Assembly (NCBI GenBank): GCA_963758495.1 | Contig: CAVWVI010000004.1 | Span: 480,001-544,000 of the forward strand | Length of the DNA stretch: 64,000 bases | DNA from: Oligoflexia bacterium | GTDB taxonomy: Bacteria > Bdellovibrionota > UBA1018 | Direction: 5' to 3' | Shown: positions 1 through 10,788 of the stretch, in pieces | How the letters are laid out: every line of letters begins with the position of its first letter | Numbering within the stretch: the stretch's first letter is position 1 | Program-made: the position numbers and the translations under genes | Notes under the pieces: generated by a model | What the model saw: the letters and a program-made list of their open reading frames with translations, nothing else | Told to the model about the DNA's origin: nothing | The model's database searches: none

Positions 1-2
1 TT

Positions 3-674
3 TCATTTGTTTCTTTTCGCTCTTTATCTACGATTGCATTTGCAGGAGTTTTTGTAGGAGCTATTCTTGTTCTTCAATTCAATTTAATTCTAGCCCAATA
101 CGACTCCCAATCCCTACTGGGAGGCCTGAATACATCCAGCGTAGTTCGTGAAGTAGGCCCATTGATTATCTCATTCTTACTTGCAGGAAAGATTGGTGCT
201 TACACAGCTGCCGAACTCGGAACCATGAGAGTTACCGAACAAATTGATGCTATTGAATGTCTGGGTGTCAATCCAATCCAGTACCTAATTGTCCCACGCC
301 TCATTGGCATTGCTATTTCAAGCCTCATTTTGCTCATCATTGGACTCATAGTCAGCGTAGTCGGCTCCATGTTGGTAGCCTATGTGGCTTGTAATATCAA
401 TTTTCTTGAATTTACTTCAAGCATTCCCCGCTTCACTTCTTTTTCGAGCATAGCGGGGGGATTGTTTAAGTCCATCGTTTATGGAACAATCGTTGCGACT
501 GTTTCATGTCAAAAGGGATTTACAGCGACCGGCGGAGCAAGAGGGGTAGGTAGAGCCGTCACCTCAGCCGCGGTATTTACAAATTTTTACATTTTATTGG
601 CTAACTATTTGACGAGTTATTTGATCGAGTTTATCAGCAACTTAGCACCCTTCTTTTATAGGATCCACCTATGA
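3..674 (+). CDS. mlaE: MlaE family ABC transporter permease (5'-truncated by window edge)
   Basis: Frame is open from nt 3 (SFVSFRSLSTIAFAGVFVGAIL...REVGP); MlaE motifs AELGTMRVTEQIDA and GGARGVG. Confidence 0.9.
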   Translation, partial: SFVSFRSLSTIAFAGVFVGAILVLQFNLILAQYDSQSLLGGLNTSSVVREVGPLIISFLLAGKIGAYTAAELGTMRVTEQIDAIECLGVNPIQYLIVPRLIGIAISSLILLIIGLIVSVVGSMLVAYVACNINFLEFTSSIPRFTSFSSIAGGLFKSIVYGTIVATVSCQKGFTATGGARGVGRAVTSAAVFTNFYILLANYLTSYLIEFISNLAPFFYRIHL

Positions 675-1489
675 ACGCTGAAACTACTATCCTCCCTTCT
701 CTCTGGATCAAAGTTCTCCATAAATTGGGGTCCCCCATTCAAGCGCAACTCTCTATTCTTTGCGAAATCTTCATCCTCTTTTTTCAAATATTAAAAAGGT
801 TTTTTCGACTCAACTGTTGGAGATGGAGCGAAATTATTCAATCCATTGTTCAATCTGGAATCGGCAGTCTTCCTATTATTGCAATTTCTACAGCTTCTGC
901 GGGACTCGTGATTACCAATGAAATCGCATGGCATATGAACTTTGCTCTTCATTCAGTAACGATGATTCCCGGCTTTGCTGGGCAATTCATCATTCGGGAA
1001 TTAGGAATTGCAATTCCAGCTCTTTTGCTGGTCTCAAAGGTAGGGGCAGCTACCACGGCAGAAATTGGAAGTATGAAGGTCACCGAACAAATTGATGCGC
1101 TTAAGCTGCTCGGTATTGATCCCATTAATTATCTTGTTTTTCCTCGATTTATCGCGACCATTGTCTCAAGCACCTGTCTTACTTTAATTTCAATTTTTAT
1201 TACGCTGACCTGTGCTACTTTTATTTCGGTAACTCGCTATAATTTTTCTGTACTTGAATTTTTAAATGCACTGAAACATTTTGTTGGCGCAAAAGATATC
1301 GTTTGCGCTCTTGTAAAAGGAAGCATTTACGGAGCCGTGATACCGATCATCTCTTGTGCTTATGGTTTTAGATGTAAGGGTGGCGCTAACGGCGTGGGAA
1401 CTGCCACGACCGATTCCGTTGTCTCATCTACCATCGCTATTATTATATTAGATTTCGTTTTGACTTATATTTTTACGCTTATTCTTTGA
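671..1489 (+). CDS. mlaE: MlaE family ABC transporter permease
   Basis: RELG, AEIGSMKVTEQIDAL and GGANGVG motifs; ATGA overlap with the upstream paralog. Confidence 0.9.
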   Translation: MNAETTILPSLWIKVLHKLGSPIQAQLSILCEIFILFFQILKRFFRLNCWRWSEIIQSIVQSGIGSLPIIAISTASAGLVITNEIAWHMNFALHSVTMIPGFAGQFIIRELGIAIPALLLVSKVGAATTAEIGSMKVTEQIDALKLLGIDPINYLVFPRFIATIVSSTCLTLISIFITLTCATFISVTRYNFSVLEFLNALKHFVGAKDIVCALVKGSIYGAVIPIISCAYGFRCKGGANGVGTATTDSVVSSTIAIIILDFVLTYIFTLIL

Positions 1490-1493
1490 AAGG

Positions 1494-2339
1494 ATGTACT
1501 TCGTGAAAATTTCTAATGAAGCAAAAGTAGGCGGTCTCGTTTTAGCTACGGGTATTCTTGCGTTTATATTTGCCAAGGTAGTCGGAATTCAAAATCCCTT
1601 TGGCCAATCTGTCAATTTCTATGTCACCTATAATTTTGCAGGAGGAATTGAAGTCGGTTCTCCAGTAAGAGTATCAGGAATTAAAGTGGGGCAAGTTGAA
1701 AGTATTGAATTCTTTTCAGCCATAGATCCGAAAGACCCTAAACTCATTGCACTGAAAGAGCCAGGAAGTGATGTAACTGACAATGGAAAGGTCATCACTC
1801 CTTTAAAAGTAAAAATCTCTGTTCGAAAAGACGCTGCTGTCGGTGTCAGAAAAGATAGTCGTTTCTATATCAACCTAGCTGGAATTATTGGTGAACGATA
1901 TATTGAAATCACTCCGGGCCATTTTAAGTCTCCCCAAGTTCAAGCTGGCAATATAGTCGCAGGAATTGACCCTCCACGAATTGACCAACTCATTTCCCAA
2001 AGCTTTGATTTAGCTGGAAAAATCAAAGACATCGTAGATGAAAACAAGGGGGATATCACCCGCTCCATAGATCTTCTCTACAAGTTTAGTGGAAATTTAA
2101 ACAAAACCCTCGGCTGGGTTGATAAAAGTGCGATATTTAAGACTGACCTGTCTAAGTTGGTTGGAAATTTAATCGCCATTACGACAGACTTCCGCAAAGT
2201 GACAGATCAACTTCACTCACCGGAGGGAGAGAAAACTCTCAGTCTCCTTTATAAATTGCTCTGGCGATTAGAGCCTCTGGATTCCAAAGTGATCCGAGGC
2301 TTTTTACAAAAAGAAGGTGTGAAGGTTCAGCTATTTTAA
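1494..2339 (+). CDS. mlaD: MlaD/MCE family protein
   Basis: N-terminal TM helix; MCE motifs GGIEVGSPVRVSGIKVGQV and GIIGERYIEITPG. Confidence 0.88.
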   Translation: MYFVKISNEAKVGGLVLATGILAFIFAKVVGIQNPFGQSVNFYVTYNFAGGIEVGSPVRVSGIKVGQVESIEFFSAIDPKDPKLIALKEPGSDVTDNGKVITPLKVKISVRKDAAVGVRKDSRFYINLAGIIGERYIEITPGHFKSPQVQAGNIVAGIDPPRIDQLISQSFDLAGKIKDIVDENKGDITRSIDLLYKFSGNLNKTLGWVDKSAIFKTDLSKLVGNLIAITTDFRKVTDQLHSPEGEKTLSLLYKLLWRLEPLDSKVIRGFLQKEGVKVQLF

Positions 2340-2351
2340 CTGACTGCAATA

Positions 2352-3359
2352 TTAAAACGTAATACCGAGAAGCACATTTTTAAAGCGCTCCTCCGTGCAA
2401 CGTCCTAATGCAGGTGACGAGGCTTCATACCAATTGGATAAAATGCGCTCTGATACTCGCGGCCTGTGGTGATATTCTCGATTTCGAGAAATATGATCGG
2501 CAAGCCAAATCAACGTTGCACGCATATAGGCCGTACTTCCTAATCTAGATGCGAGAAAGGGCTGGTGATGATACATCACTACCCAACTTGAATCTGAAAG
2601 AAAACCTAGATTCCATAAGATGAAATGCCCGAAAGTATCATGAGGCATCCCCTCTTCCTCAACTTCCCTCATCCACATTTGATCAGGTAAAGTTTTTTCT
2701 CTTTTAATTTGCTCTAAAGTGAAAGCGTCCTTGTCCGAATAAATGACAAACTTTCCTATATCATGCAAAATTCCATCTACACAAAGATCTTTCTCTAAGT
2801 TTAAATCCGGTAATAAACCTCTCGCTAATTGACACGCTATGTTTGCTACCTGAAGTCCATGCTTCCACAGTTCATCTACAAACAGAGGGCGCTCGATTTT
2901 TATGCCTTCTTCGGTGGGCTGAGTCAAAATTGAAACAAGTATGTCAAAAACTAGACCGGCCACAAAATAGTCGGCAGAAAGCATTCCCTCAATCCCATAG
3001 ATAGATTCTCCTGCTAAGGCATAATGGAGCGTCCTAGATACGCTAGGATCGTCAGGGATAAGATCTTTATCATTTCGTCGAATCATTGAAGCCGCCAGAA
3101 AGTTTCTGGAAGATAAAAAGCCGATCATACTCAAAGCGACGGCGGCTGAAGTGACGGGTTCTTTCAATCGCGCTGCAAAGACGGAATTAGCCACACTCAG
3201 GAGATTGGTTTCAATTTCATGATTCTCCTGCAATATTTTTGCAAAATCAGTGTACTTTCCCCCCGCAAAGCGTAATTGCCTCAAAAACTCAATTTCTGAG
3301 GGGGAGTAAAAGATCGGCACTAAGAATTCCTTAACAAACTTGCTAAAGTCTATAGACAC
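2352..3359 (-). CDS. HDOD domain protein
   Basis: LLSVANS...VTSAAVALSMIG, LWKHG, GILHDIGK and YHH motifs. Confidence 0.75.
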   Translation of the reverse strand: MSIDFSKFVKEFLVPIFYSPSEIEFLRQLRFAGGKYTDFAKILQENHEIETNLLSVANSVFAARLKEPVTSAAVALSMIGFLSSRNFLAASMIRRNDKDLIPDDPSVSRTLHYALAGESIYGIEGMLSADYFVAGLVFDILVSILTQPTEEGIKIERPLFVDELWKHGLQVANIACQLARGLLPDLNLEKDLCVDGILHDIGKFVIYSDKDAFTLEQIKREKTLPDQMWMREVEEEGMPHDTFGHFILWNLGFLSDSSWVVMYHHQPFLASRLGSTAYMRATLIWLADHISRNREYHHRPRVSERILSNWYEASSPALGRCTEERFKNVLLGITF

Positions 3360-3432
3360 TTCTAAAATTCTAAAGGAAAGCTGTGAAAAATGCCAAAGTC
3401 GAATTTAAAGAATAGGAAAGAGTACAAAGCGA

Positions 3433-4023
3433 ATGAAATTTAAGCTTCAAAGTACCCCCGAAGGAATCGTGATTTGCCGCATCAAAGAACCCCTTTCAAA
3501 GATAGAAAGTGATCAAGTCACTCAAGGAATTGAAAGAATTCTAACTAGTGGTAAATCTAAACTAATTTTGGAATTTAGCCTCAATGCTGCCCTTGGCGCG
3601 CCCTACTTAGAAAAATCCTTACGCACCCTCAAAGCTACCGCAGGGAGATTAGGTGGCGATATTAAATACGTAGTACCTGACCCTATTGGACAACGTATTT
3701 TTGGCTCAGTCACTCAACTCGATGTAGCCATAAAAAGTCTATTAGAACTCAAAGGAATTCCTCAACCGAACCCTGTTGGGGAGCCCGTTCCAGAAAAAAA
3801 GCCTGAAAAAGAAAAAAAGGATCCTCCGGATGAAACTCTCCTGACCCTTGAAATGAAGAAATTAACTAATGAAAACCGCATCTTAACAGAAAAAGTGAGA
3901 GAACTTTTGCAGATTGTACGTCAACCCAGCACTAATGAAGATCTCAAACTAGCCGTAGATCATTATCGAAAACTCGCAACAGAAGTGGAGGCGAACCAAA
4001 ATCCTTATATTAAGAAGAAGTAA
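3433..4023 (+). CDS. hypothetical protein, STAS-like N-terminus plus C-terminal coiled coil
   Basis: N-terminal pattern resembles anti-anti-sigma STAS; Pro/Lys/Glu linker; heptad-rich tail. Confidence 0.45.
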   Translation: MKFKLQSTPEGIVICRIKEPLSKIESDQVTQGIERILTSGKSKLILEFSLNAALGAPYLEKSLRTLKATAGRLGGDIKYVVPDPIGQRIFGSVTQLDVAIKSLLELKGIPQPNPVGEPVPEKKPEKEKKDPPDETLLTLEMKKLTNENRILTEKVRELLQIVRQPSTNEDLKLAVDHYRKLATEVEANQNPYIKKK

Positions 4024-4030
4024 GCACGTT

Positions 4031-5806
4031 TCAAGAAATCATCTGCTGCTGCCACTGAGATCTTCGATCTAATTCTTCTCGCAATAGCTCGAGTTCTTTT
4101 TTGACATCCTGCTGATTGAGTCCTCTCTCTTCCGCCCAAACTTGCGCCAACGCTTCTGCCCAAGGCAAACCACGATCTTTACGAGTCGCGTAGAGGGGGA
4201 TTCTCCTCAGATAGAAATCTTCCAAATGTAAAACCATTTCTGTACGAATCGAGTGCCTCAACTGAGCAAGCAGGCAAGGAAACCCTGCTGGATCTGAAAC
4301 GCCATGATTGCCACGCAGATGATTTGCATCTTCATAAATAGAAAGTGCTTCAGCACCATAGCGACCTAAGAGTTCTTCCGGTAATTTCATACCTTTTTGA
4401 AGTGCCTCTTCTCTACAACGTTGAATCGACTCTGGGATGGCTTGAGGATTAACAGGTGCCCGCGTGCGAGAGGACTGAATAGAATGAGAAGGTTTCGGAA
4501 AGTCACCCCAAGTCTCCAAAGCAAAATCTACGATTTCTTCTGCCATTTTTCGGTGAGTGGTATATTTGCCACCCGCAACAATCACCGTACCTCCAGGCCC
4601 AAGAGCAATGTGATGTTCGCGACTCACTTTTTGAAGAATACCGGAATGATCTGTTTGATTAGAACCGTCTCCGTTATCAGATACGTTTTCAGGTGAAGCA
4701 CTGGGTCCTTGGCCATCAGTCGAACTTCCTGCATTTCCCATTAAGGGTCTCACGCCCACATAAGCACTTAGGATATCCGAAGTTGTAAGTTTTAATGTAG
4801 GAAAATACTGAGTAAGAAGACCCATCAAATACTGCACATCGTCTCGCGTGATTTCTGCTTGATCGGGATCTCTTGGAGTAGGACCATCCGTAGTACCCAC
4901 AATCACTACCCCTGTCCCATAATCTGAACGGGGAATGACAAACGCCACCCGTCCATCCTGAGGGTGACTCATTACCATGGCACCCGGTAAAGGTAACTTC
5001 TTAAGATCGAAGAGGAGATGAATGCCTTTGCTTGGATTCAACCAACGACGCCAATTTTTAGATAATTTTTCACCGATTTGATCTGTCCACGGTCCAGTAC
5101 AAACTACGGTCCGATGGGCTCTCAATTTCCATTCTTCTCTACCCTGAGATTGCTCAAGATCTCGGACACGAAATCCCGCAATTTGCTTACCGTTCCAAAG
5201 AGGCTCTAAAGCTTCCACATAATTCGCTACAGCGGCTCCTTCATTTTGTGCAGCTCTCAGCGTTTCAACAGCTAAGACATCATCCCACATGGAGGCATCA
5301 AAATACCTAAATCCCCCCTTCAATCCATCCGCGCGCAAAAATGGAATATCCGCTAAAATTTTCTTTCGAGAGAGTCCACGATGAAATCCAGGAGTCCTAA
5401 AGAGTGCGAGTAAATCATAAAGCCATAATCCAAGGGACAATAAGCCACGGCCATGAGAGTCCCCCTGATAAACAGGTAAATAAAATGGCATCGGCCGAAC
5501 CATGTGGGGGGCCGTTTTTAATAATAACGACCGCTCTGCTAAGGCTTCAAAAACTAATCCAAGTTCTGCATTTTGGAGATACCGCAAACCACCATGAATT
5601 AACTTAGAACTACGGGAGGATGTCCCAAATGCAAAATCCCTTCGCTCCACCAAGGCTACTTTTAAACCCCGCGAAGTTGCATCTCGTGCAACGGCTGCTC
5701 CAGTAATTCCACCTCCAATCACGAGTAAATCAAAAGTTTCATTTTTCAAGCGCTGGAGCGATTTCTCACGAGTACGAAATGAGAATTCTCCCACTGAATT
5801 CGGCAT
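4031..5806 (-). CDS. glpD: FAD-dependent glycerol-3-phosphate dehydrogenase
   Basis: DLLVIGGGITG, GTSSRSSKLIHGGLRYL, SREH and GGKYTTHR motifs. Confidence 0.93.
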   Translation of the reverse strand: MPNSVGEFSFRTREKSLQRLKNETFDLLVIGGGITGAAVARDATSRGLKVALVERRDFAFGTSSRSSKLIHGGLRYLQNAELGLVFEALAERSLLLKTAPHMVRPMPFYLPVYQGDSHGRGLLSLGLWLYDLLALFRTPGFHRGLSRKKILADIPFLRADGLKGGFRYFDASMWDDVLAVETLRAAQNEGAAVANYVEALEPLWNGKQIAGFRVRDLEQSQGREEWKLRAHRTVVCTGPWTDQIGEKLSKNWRRWLNPSKGIHLLFDLKKLPLPGAMVMSHPQDGRVAFVIPRSDYGTGVVIVGTTDGPTPRDPDQAEITRDDVQYLMGLLTQYFPTLKLTTSDILSAYVGVRPLMGNAGSSTDGQGPSASPENVSDNGDGSNQTDHSGILQKVSREHHIALGPGGTVIVAGGKYTTHRKMAEEIVDFALETWGDFPKPSHSIQSSRTRAPVNPQAIPESIQRCREEALQKGMKLPEELLGRYGAEALSIYEDANHLRGNHGVSDPAGFPCLLAQLRHSIRTEMVLHLEDFYLRRIPLYATRKDRGLPWAEALAQVWAEERGLNQQDVKKELELLREELDRRSQWQQQMIS

Positions 5807-5808
5807 GA

Positions 5809-7638
5809 CTATTCCTTTTTCGATCGAGTCACTGAAATTCCTAATTCAACCAATTGTTCAGGATTCACCGACGAAGGCGTTTCTGACATCAAGCAGTGTC
5901 CCTTTTGAGTTTTAGGAAAAGCCATCACATCTCGAATTGGACCTACTCCACAAAGCAAAGCAGCCATCCGATCTACTCCAAAGGCAATCCCTCCATGAGG
6001 AGGTGTCCCATACTGAAGAGCGTCCAAGAAAAATCCAAACTTCTCTTTTGCTTCTTCAGGAGTAAGACCCAAAAGTTTAAACATAGCTGCCTGAACATCA
6101 GGGCGATAGATCCTCAAACTTCCCCCCCCAATTTCCACTCCATTCAAAACCATATCGTAAGCGGAAGCTTCGATTTGTTCCAGGTTTCGACCTTGAATAA
6201 AATCCTGAAAAAATTCGGGTCGTGGAGAAGTAAAAGGATGATGACAAGCATAGTAGCGATTTTCTTTCTCATTAAATTCCATGAGTGGAAAGTTTACAAC
6301 CCAAAGAAAGGCCGGCTTTCCTTCGCCTAATTTTGGAATCATTCCCAACTTATCGGCTACCGACAGACGAATTGCGCCCAATGCATCGAAGACTACTTTA
6401 TTTTGAGCGTCTGCAATAGCCAGAACCAAATGCCCTGGCTTCAAACCGAGGACCCGTTTCAATGCTTCTTTTTCCGAATCAGAAAAGAACTTAGCGGCAG
6501 GAGACTGCAAATCTCCGTTTGCTTGAACCTTCATCCAAAGAAGTCCCTTCGCTCCAAAACTAGCGGCATAGGCTTGCAAATCATCTAAATCTTTTCGCGA
6601 AAATTTATCGGCCTGTTCAGGCACGACAATTGCCCTAACAGAACCCTTTTTACCGCGAGAATTGACAGATAAAGCATTTTGAAATACTTGAAAAGTACTT
6701 GCCTTAAATATTTCGGATAAGTCATTTAATTCTAATCCAAATCTTACGTCTGGCTTATCGCTACCAAAGCGACTCATCGCTTCAGCATAAGGCATCCTTG
6801 GAAAAGGAGTTTTAATCTCTTGTCCTAAAATTTCTTTCCAAACCTGAGCGATCATTGATTCTAGAATAGGGAAAAAAGCTTCTTCGTCCAAAAATGACGT
6901 TTCAATATCAATTTGTGAAAATTCAGGCTGACGATCCGCTCTTAAATCCTCATCACGAAAGCAGCGAGCGATTTGATAATAACGATCCATACCACTAATC
7001 ATCAAGAGCTGCTTCAATGTCTGCGGTGACTGCGGCAGGGCATAAAAATCGCCTGGATTCAAACGACTTGGAACAATAAAATCTCGAGCACCCTCTGGAG
7101 TAGATTTATAAAGAATAGGAGTTTCAATTTCTAAAAACCGATGATGATCCAGATGATTCCGAACGATAGAAAGCATTCGATGCCGGATCATCAAATTATG
7201 CTGCAAGGTGGGTCGGCGTAGATCCAAATATCGATACTTAAGGCGAACAGTCTCTGCAACATCAACCTCATCATCGATTGCAAAGGGAGGTGTCTTTGCT
7301 TCAGACAAGATCACCAATTGCGTGCAGGCTACTTCGATTTCACCCGTTTTTAGCTTAGAGTTAATCATCCCTTGCGGGCGATTACGAACTCTTCCTTTAC
7401 ACCAAATGACAAATTCAGACCTAAGTTTCCCTGCCAATTCATAAGCTTGAGTGCTATCCTCTAAAGCCGGATCAAAAACGACTTGAACCACCCCATAACG
7501 ATCCCGAAGATCAATAAAAACCAGACCTCCATGATCCCTTCGCTTGGTCACCCAACCGCAAAGCGAAATCTCTTGTCCCAAATCCTGAGTTGTTAATTCT
7601 CCACAAGTATGCGACCTAACTGTCCTTTGTTGCGCCAT
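5809..7638 (-). CDS. aspS: aspartate--tRNA ligase
   Basis: RTVRSHTCGEL, STPEGARDF, ALPQSPQ, CFRDEDLRADRQPEF and PPHGGIAFGVDR motifs. Confidence 0.98.
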   Translation of the reverse strand: MAQQRTVRSHTCGELTTQDLGQEISLCGWVTKRRDHGGLVFIDLRDRYGVVQVVFDPALEDSTQAYELAGKLRSEFVIWCKGRVRNRPQGMINSKLKTGEIEVACTQLVILSEAKTPPFAIDDEVDVAETVRLKYRYLDLRRPTLQHNLMIRHRMLSIVRNHLDHHRFLEIETPILYKSTPEGARDFIVPSRLNPGDFYALPQSPQTLKQLLMISGMDRYYQIARCFRDEDLRADRQPEFSQIDIETSFLDEEAFFPILESMIAQVWKEILGQEIKTPFPRMPYAEAMSRFGSDKPDVRFGLELNDLSEIFKASTFQVFQNALSVNSRGKKGSVRAIVVPEQADKFSRKDLDDLQAYAASFGAKGLLWMKVQANGDLQSPAAKFFSDSEKEALKRVLGLKPGHLVLAIADAQNKVVFDALGAIRLSVADKLGMIPKLGEGKPAFLWVVNFPLMEFNEKENRYYACHHPFTSPRPEFFQDFIQGRNLEQIEASAYDMVLNGVEIGGGSLRIYRPDVQAAMFKLLGLTPEEAKEKFGFFLDALQYGTPPHGGIAFGVDRMAALLCGVGPIRDVMAFPKTQKGHCLMSETPSSVNPEQLVELGISVTRSKKE

Positions 7639-7685
7639 CCTGTGTTATTAACACCTCACCTTGACTTAGTCTAGACCCGTCGGCC

Positions 7686-7745
7686 CTCATAATTCATATG
7701 ACAATACATATGGCAATACAGATGGCCATTCATATGATAATTCCT
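7686..7745. repeat. degenerate 12-bp tandem repeat (4-5 units)
   Basis: atgacaatacat / atggcaatacag / atggccattcat / atgataattcct at 7698-7745, plus a weaker unit at 7686. Confidence 0.6.
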
Positions 7746-7746
7746 A

Positions 7747-8502
7747 TCAGTTCAACATGAGTTCCGCAGTCAGGGCGGAGTGATCAGAAAGATCCCCCCA
7801 AGGCCGTCCACTCAAGCAACGAGCATGCTTTAATCGAAGCCCTCTGAAATAAATTCGATCCAGCCGGAACGCGGGCAACCAACTGGGGAAAGTTCTTGCG
7901 TGATAGCCATGAATTGAATGATAGGCCTCGCTGACATCAAGTCTTTTTTCAAGTACTGGAGAAGCCTTCCCTCGCCAATCATTGAAATCTCCTCCGATCA
8001 CCAAAGGTTCGTCATGCGGAACATGGGACTCAATTCGACTGCAAAGTCTCACTATTTGTTGGGCCCTTTCAGCCTCTAATAATCCCAAATGCACACAGAT
8101 TGCATGAAGGGGTTTCCTTTTACCAGGTATAGCAATCACGCCATGAAGAAGACCTCTCTTCTCCCATGAGTTTGTGGACACATCGATATTCTCATAAAAT
8201 AAAAAAGGATACTTACTCAAAATCGCATTTCCATGATGCCCCAGAGTATAGACAGCATTTTTTCCATAAGCATAGTGCGGCCAAAGTTCATGTGCCAAAA
8301 ACTCAAATTGGGGTTGTGACGGCCAGCCTTTTATATTTTTGCTATGTGCTTCATGCTCACCCTGAACCTCTTGAAGAAAAATAAGTTCAGGATGTACCGA
8401 GTGGAGAGCTTCACGAATTTTTTTTAGAGTAAATTGACCATTACCTGAATTGAACCCCTTATGTATATTATATGAAATAACTCTTACCCGTAATTTTTCC
8501 AT
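7747..8502 (-). CDS. endonuclease/exonuclease/phosphatase family protein (YbhP-like)
   Basis: SYNIHKG, LQEV, GNAILS, GDFNDW, LDRIY and SDH motifs. Confidence 0.9.
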   Translation of the reverse strand: MEKLRVRVISYNIHKGFNSGNGQFTLKKIREALHSVHPELIFLQEVQGEHEAHSKNIKGWPSQPQFEFLAHELWPHYAYGKNAVYTLGHHGNAILSKYPFLFYENIDVSTNSWEKRGLLHGVIAIPGKRKPLHAICVHLGLLEAERAQQIVRLCSRIESHVPHDEPLVIGGDFNDWRGKASPVLEKRLDVSEAYHSIHGYHARTFPSWLPAFRLDRIYFRGLRLKHARCLSGRPWGDLSDHSALTAELMLN

Positions 8503-10544
8503 AATTTAATTACAATTCTCCCTACGCTCATTAAAAATATTATTACAAATATATATCCAGCGTTGCGCTTAATTGGTTCTAAAATCAAGAGTGGAATGAT
8601 GTAATGAACTCCCAAATAAAACCAAAAAGGAAGAATATACAAAACAGCAGAAAAAAAAATGACTGTACCTAAAAGATACCAAGGGAACGGCACCCAAAAT
8701 AACCCCTGATATGCAATTTTGGACCGAATACTTACTCTTGGGTCAGAAAGCATGGACACAAGAGTGGAAAATTTTCGAAGTCCCATTCTCTCCGATAGCC
8801 ATTTTGGAGCCGCTTCGCGATAAAACCGAGCTGCTGAAATTGGAAAAGCTCTTACTAAGCTATACCCCACAAAAGAAGCCACCCAGAAAGATGCCACGCT
8901 AATTCGGGCAGCGCGATCAGGACCTAGATGTAACATCGCCAAAACTTCTAGAAAAATAAAAGGCACCGGCAAAAGCCATACTGAAGACATAAAAATTATA
9001 TATAAAACTGACCAATCCCCCCATCCCTTCAAAACTCCCGTAACGCTCCAGGCGATTACAATTTCCAATCCCCAAACAAGCATGAGAGCATCAACTAAAA
9101 ATAGAAAATGCCTTCGGGCTAACCGGGTCCCCTTCCATTTAATAAAATAAAACCACGGTAAGGGTGGATCAAAAAATATTTCCCAGGGTAGCCCTCGAAA
9201 ATATTCTAATTTTTTACTCATGTGCTCCAACATAATTTTGGGTTTACATTCTCTAAAAAGAATCCCTGAACGAGCGCCATTTTGATCTAGATTCCAATGA
9301 CTCAATACCTTTTCTGCAACTCGCCGAATATGGCTCCGCTCAAACACAGTTTTTGCTTCAAATGTAAGATGAATTTCAGTATCAATGCGAAGCGCACGAG
9401 ATGCAAAATTTGCAGAACCTATTCCAAGGAATTTGTCATCGATCACAATAATTTTTGAATGAATATAAATAGGTCTCGGTGGTAAACTAATTTCGGCTAA
9501 AGGAGCCCGCGCATACGGAAATCCCATAATTAATTTAATTCCTGAATAATTTGCTGCAATCTGCAGTTTATTTAATAACTCAAGCTCATAGGCCATCATA
9601 TAACGTGTCCACGACCGAATCGGCTGTAAATCCGCAAGAACTAAAATAATCTCAAAATCTTTTCCCTTCATTTGATGAATTTTTGAAATCAACAGATCAT
9701 TTACTATTTGCGACCAATAATATTGACCTTCAAGAATAATTCGATTCTCTGCGGCCTGGATCAGATCCCTAAATAAAAATTCCACTTCTCGGACCATTGA
9801 ACTCCCTCGTAATGGGTGCTCAACTTGCGCAATAGTCCGACTCAAGTAAACACTATGGCCTATAGAATCACTTGAAAGAACTTTAAATGAATACGAATCT
9901 GGAAATGAAATAGACGAAAGTGCTCGCCATCGAGCCGCAATATGATCATGGATCCCCGCACAAATTGGCCCTGTCACTTGTACTGCTAAGTCATGATAAG
10001 GACCATGATGCTCGCCGCTCCAATTTAAGGATCGACGAGGATCCATATAGAGATGCTGTGGACTATCCCAACGTTCATCACAAAGATCAATACCGCCACA
10101 AAGAGCCGTTTTTCCATCAAACAAACATATTTTCTCATGATGAGATCCCCCAATAGGGTGCTTGTTATCAAAAATAAAATGAACACGTGGATGAATATCT
10201 TCCCAGATACGCCCCTGCCAAATTTCTCTTTCAAGAACATAAAAGTAGGCATGATCCCAAATCAAAAAATAAACCCTAAATCCGGGCTTTTCCTGACAAA
10301 GTCGAATCACCTTTTCACGAAGAGTTTCTTTAGGTAAAGCTTGAAAACTCTGACCTTTCCGAAGAGGTCTTTTCAAACATAATCTAGAATCAATTTGCCA
10401 TCCTACAAAAATAGCATATTCAGTGGCATCTTCCAGAAGTTCAGATACTCGGTCGTAGTAAGGACCTGCCTCCCAAATCTCTTCCCATGAGTTTGCTGCT
10501 GCAATCCGATTAAAAGCACGTGCTGAAAGTAGGTTTGAATTCAC
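8484..10544 (-). CDS. phospholipase D family protein with C-terminal VTT/DedA-like membrane domain
   Basis: Two HKD motifs (HHEKICLFD, HSKIIVID); hydrophobic C-terminal third. Confidence 0.85.
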   Translation of the reverse strand: MNSNLLSARAFNRIAAANSWEEIWEAGPYYDRVSELLEDATEYAIFVGWQIDSRLCLKRPLRKGQSFQALPKETLREKVIRLCQEKPGFRVYFLIWDHAYFYVLEREIWQGRIWEDIHPRVHFIFDNKHPIGGSHHEKICLFDGKTALCGGIDLCDERWDSPQHLYMDPRRSLNWSGEHHGPYHDLAVQVTGPICAGIHDHIAARWRALSSISFPDSYSFKVLSSDSIGHSVYLSRTIAQVEHPLRGSSMVREVEFLFRDLIQAAENRIILEGQYYWSQIVNDLLISKIHQMKGKDFEIILVLADLQPIRSWTRYMMAYELELLNKLQIAANYSGIKLIMGFPYARAPLAEISLPPRPIYIHSKIIVIDDKFLGIGSANFASRALRIDTEIHLTFEAKTVFERSHIRRVAEKVLSHWNLDQNGARSGILFRECKPKIMLEHMSKKLEYFRGLPWEIFFDPPLPWFYFIKWKGTRLARRHFLFLVDALMLVWGLEIVIAWSVTGVLKGWGDWSVLYIIFMSSVWLLPVPFIFLEVLAMLHLGPDRAARISVASFWVASFVGYSLVRAFPISAARFYREAAPKWLSERMGLRKFSTLVSMLSDPRVSIRSKIAYQGLFWVPFPWYLLGTVIFFSAVLYILPFWFYLGVHYIIPLLILEPIKRNAGYIFVIIFLMSVGRIVIKLWKNYG

Positions 10545-10559
10545 GAAAACAAATTATAT

Positions 10560-10733
10560 CTAGTATTTTTTCCAATACTCAGGCGCAAGAACCCCAAGAA
10601 AACTAATAATAGAAAGTGCAAGAAATACAAAAAGTAAAAATCGACCTTGTTCGAAAGAAACAGCAGACCCATCCCATCCTAACATTATTGCAAATAAACC
10701 AGCCAGGAGAAATCCGATGGATACTCGCACCAT
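10560..10733 (-). CDS. small membrane protein, DUF1328/YtjA-like
   Basis: MVRVSIGFLLAGLFAIMLGWDG...GRFLLFVFLALSIISFL; ATG at 10733 has a GGAGGG RBS, so the ORF-track start at 10799 is probably too long. Confidence 0.6.
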   Translation of the reverse strand: MVRVSIGFLLAGLFAIMLGWDGSAVSFEQGRFLLFVFLALSIISFLGVLAPEYWKKY

Positions 10734-10788
10734 GATATTGCCCTCCACACAAGAGGCAGCAAACCTCATGCCCAGAAAGAAAAAATTC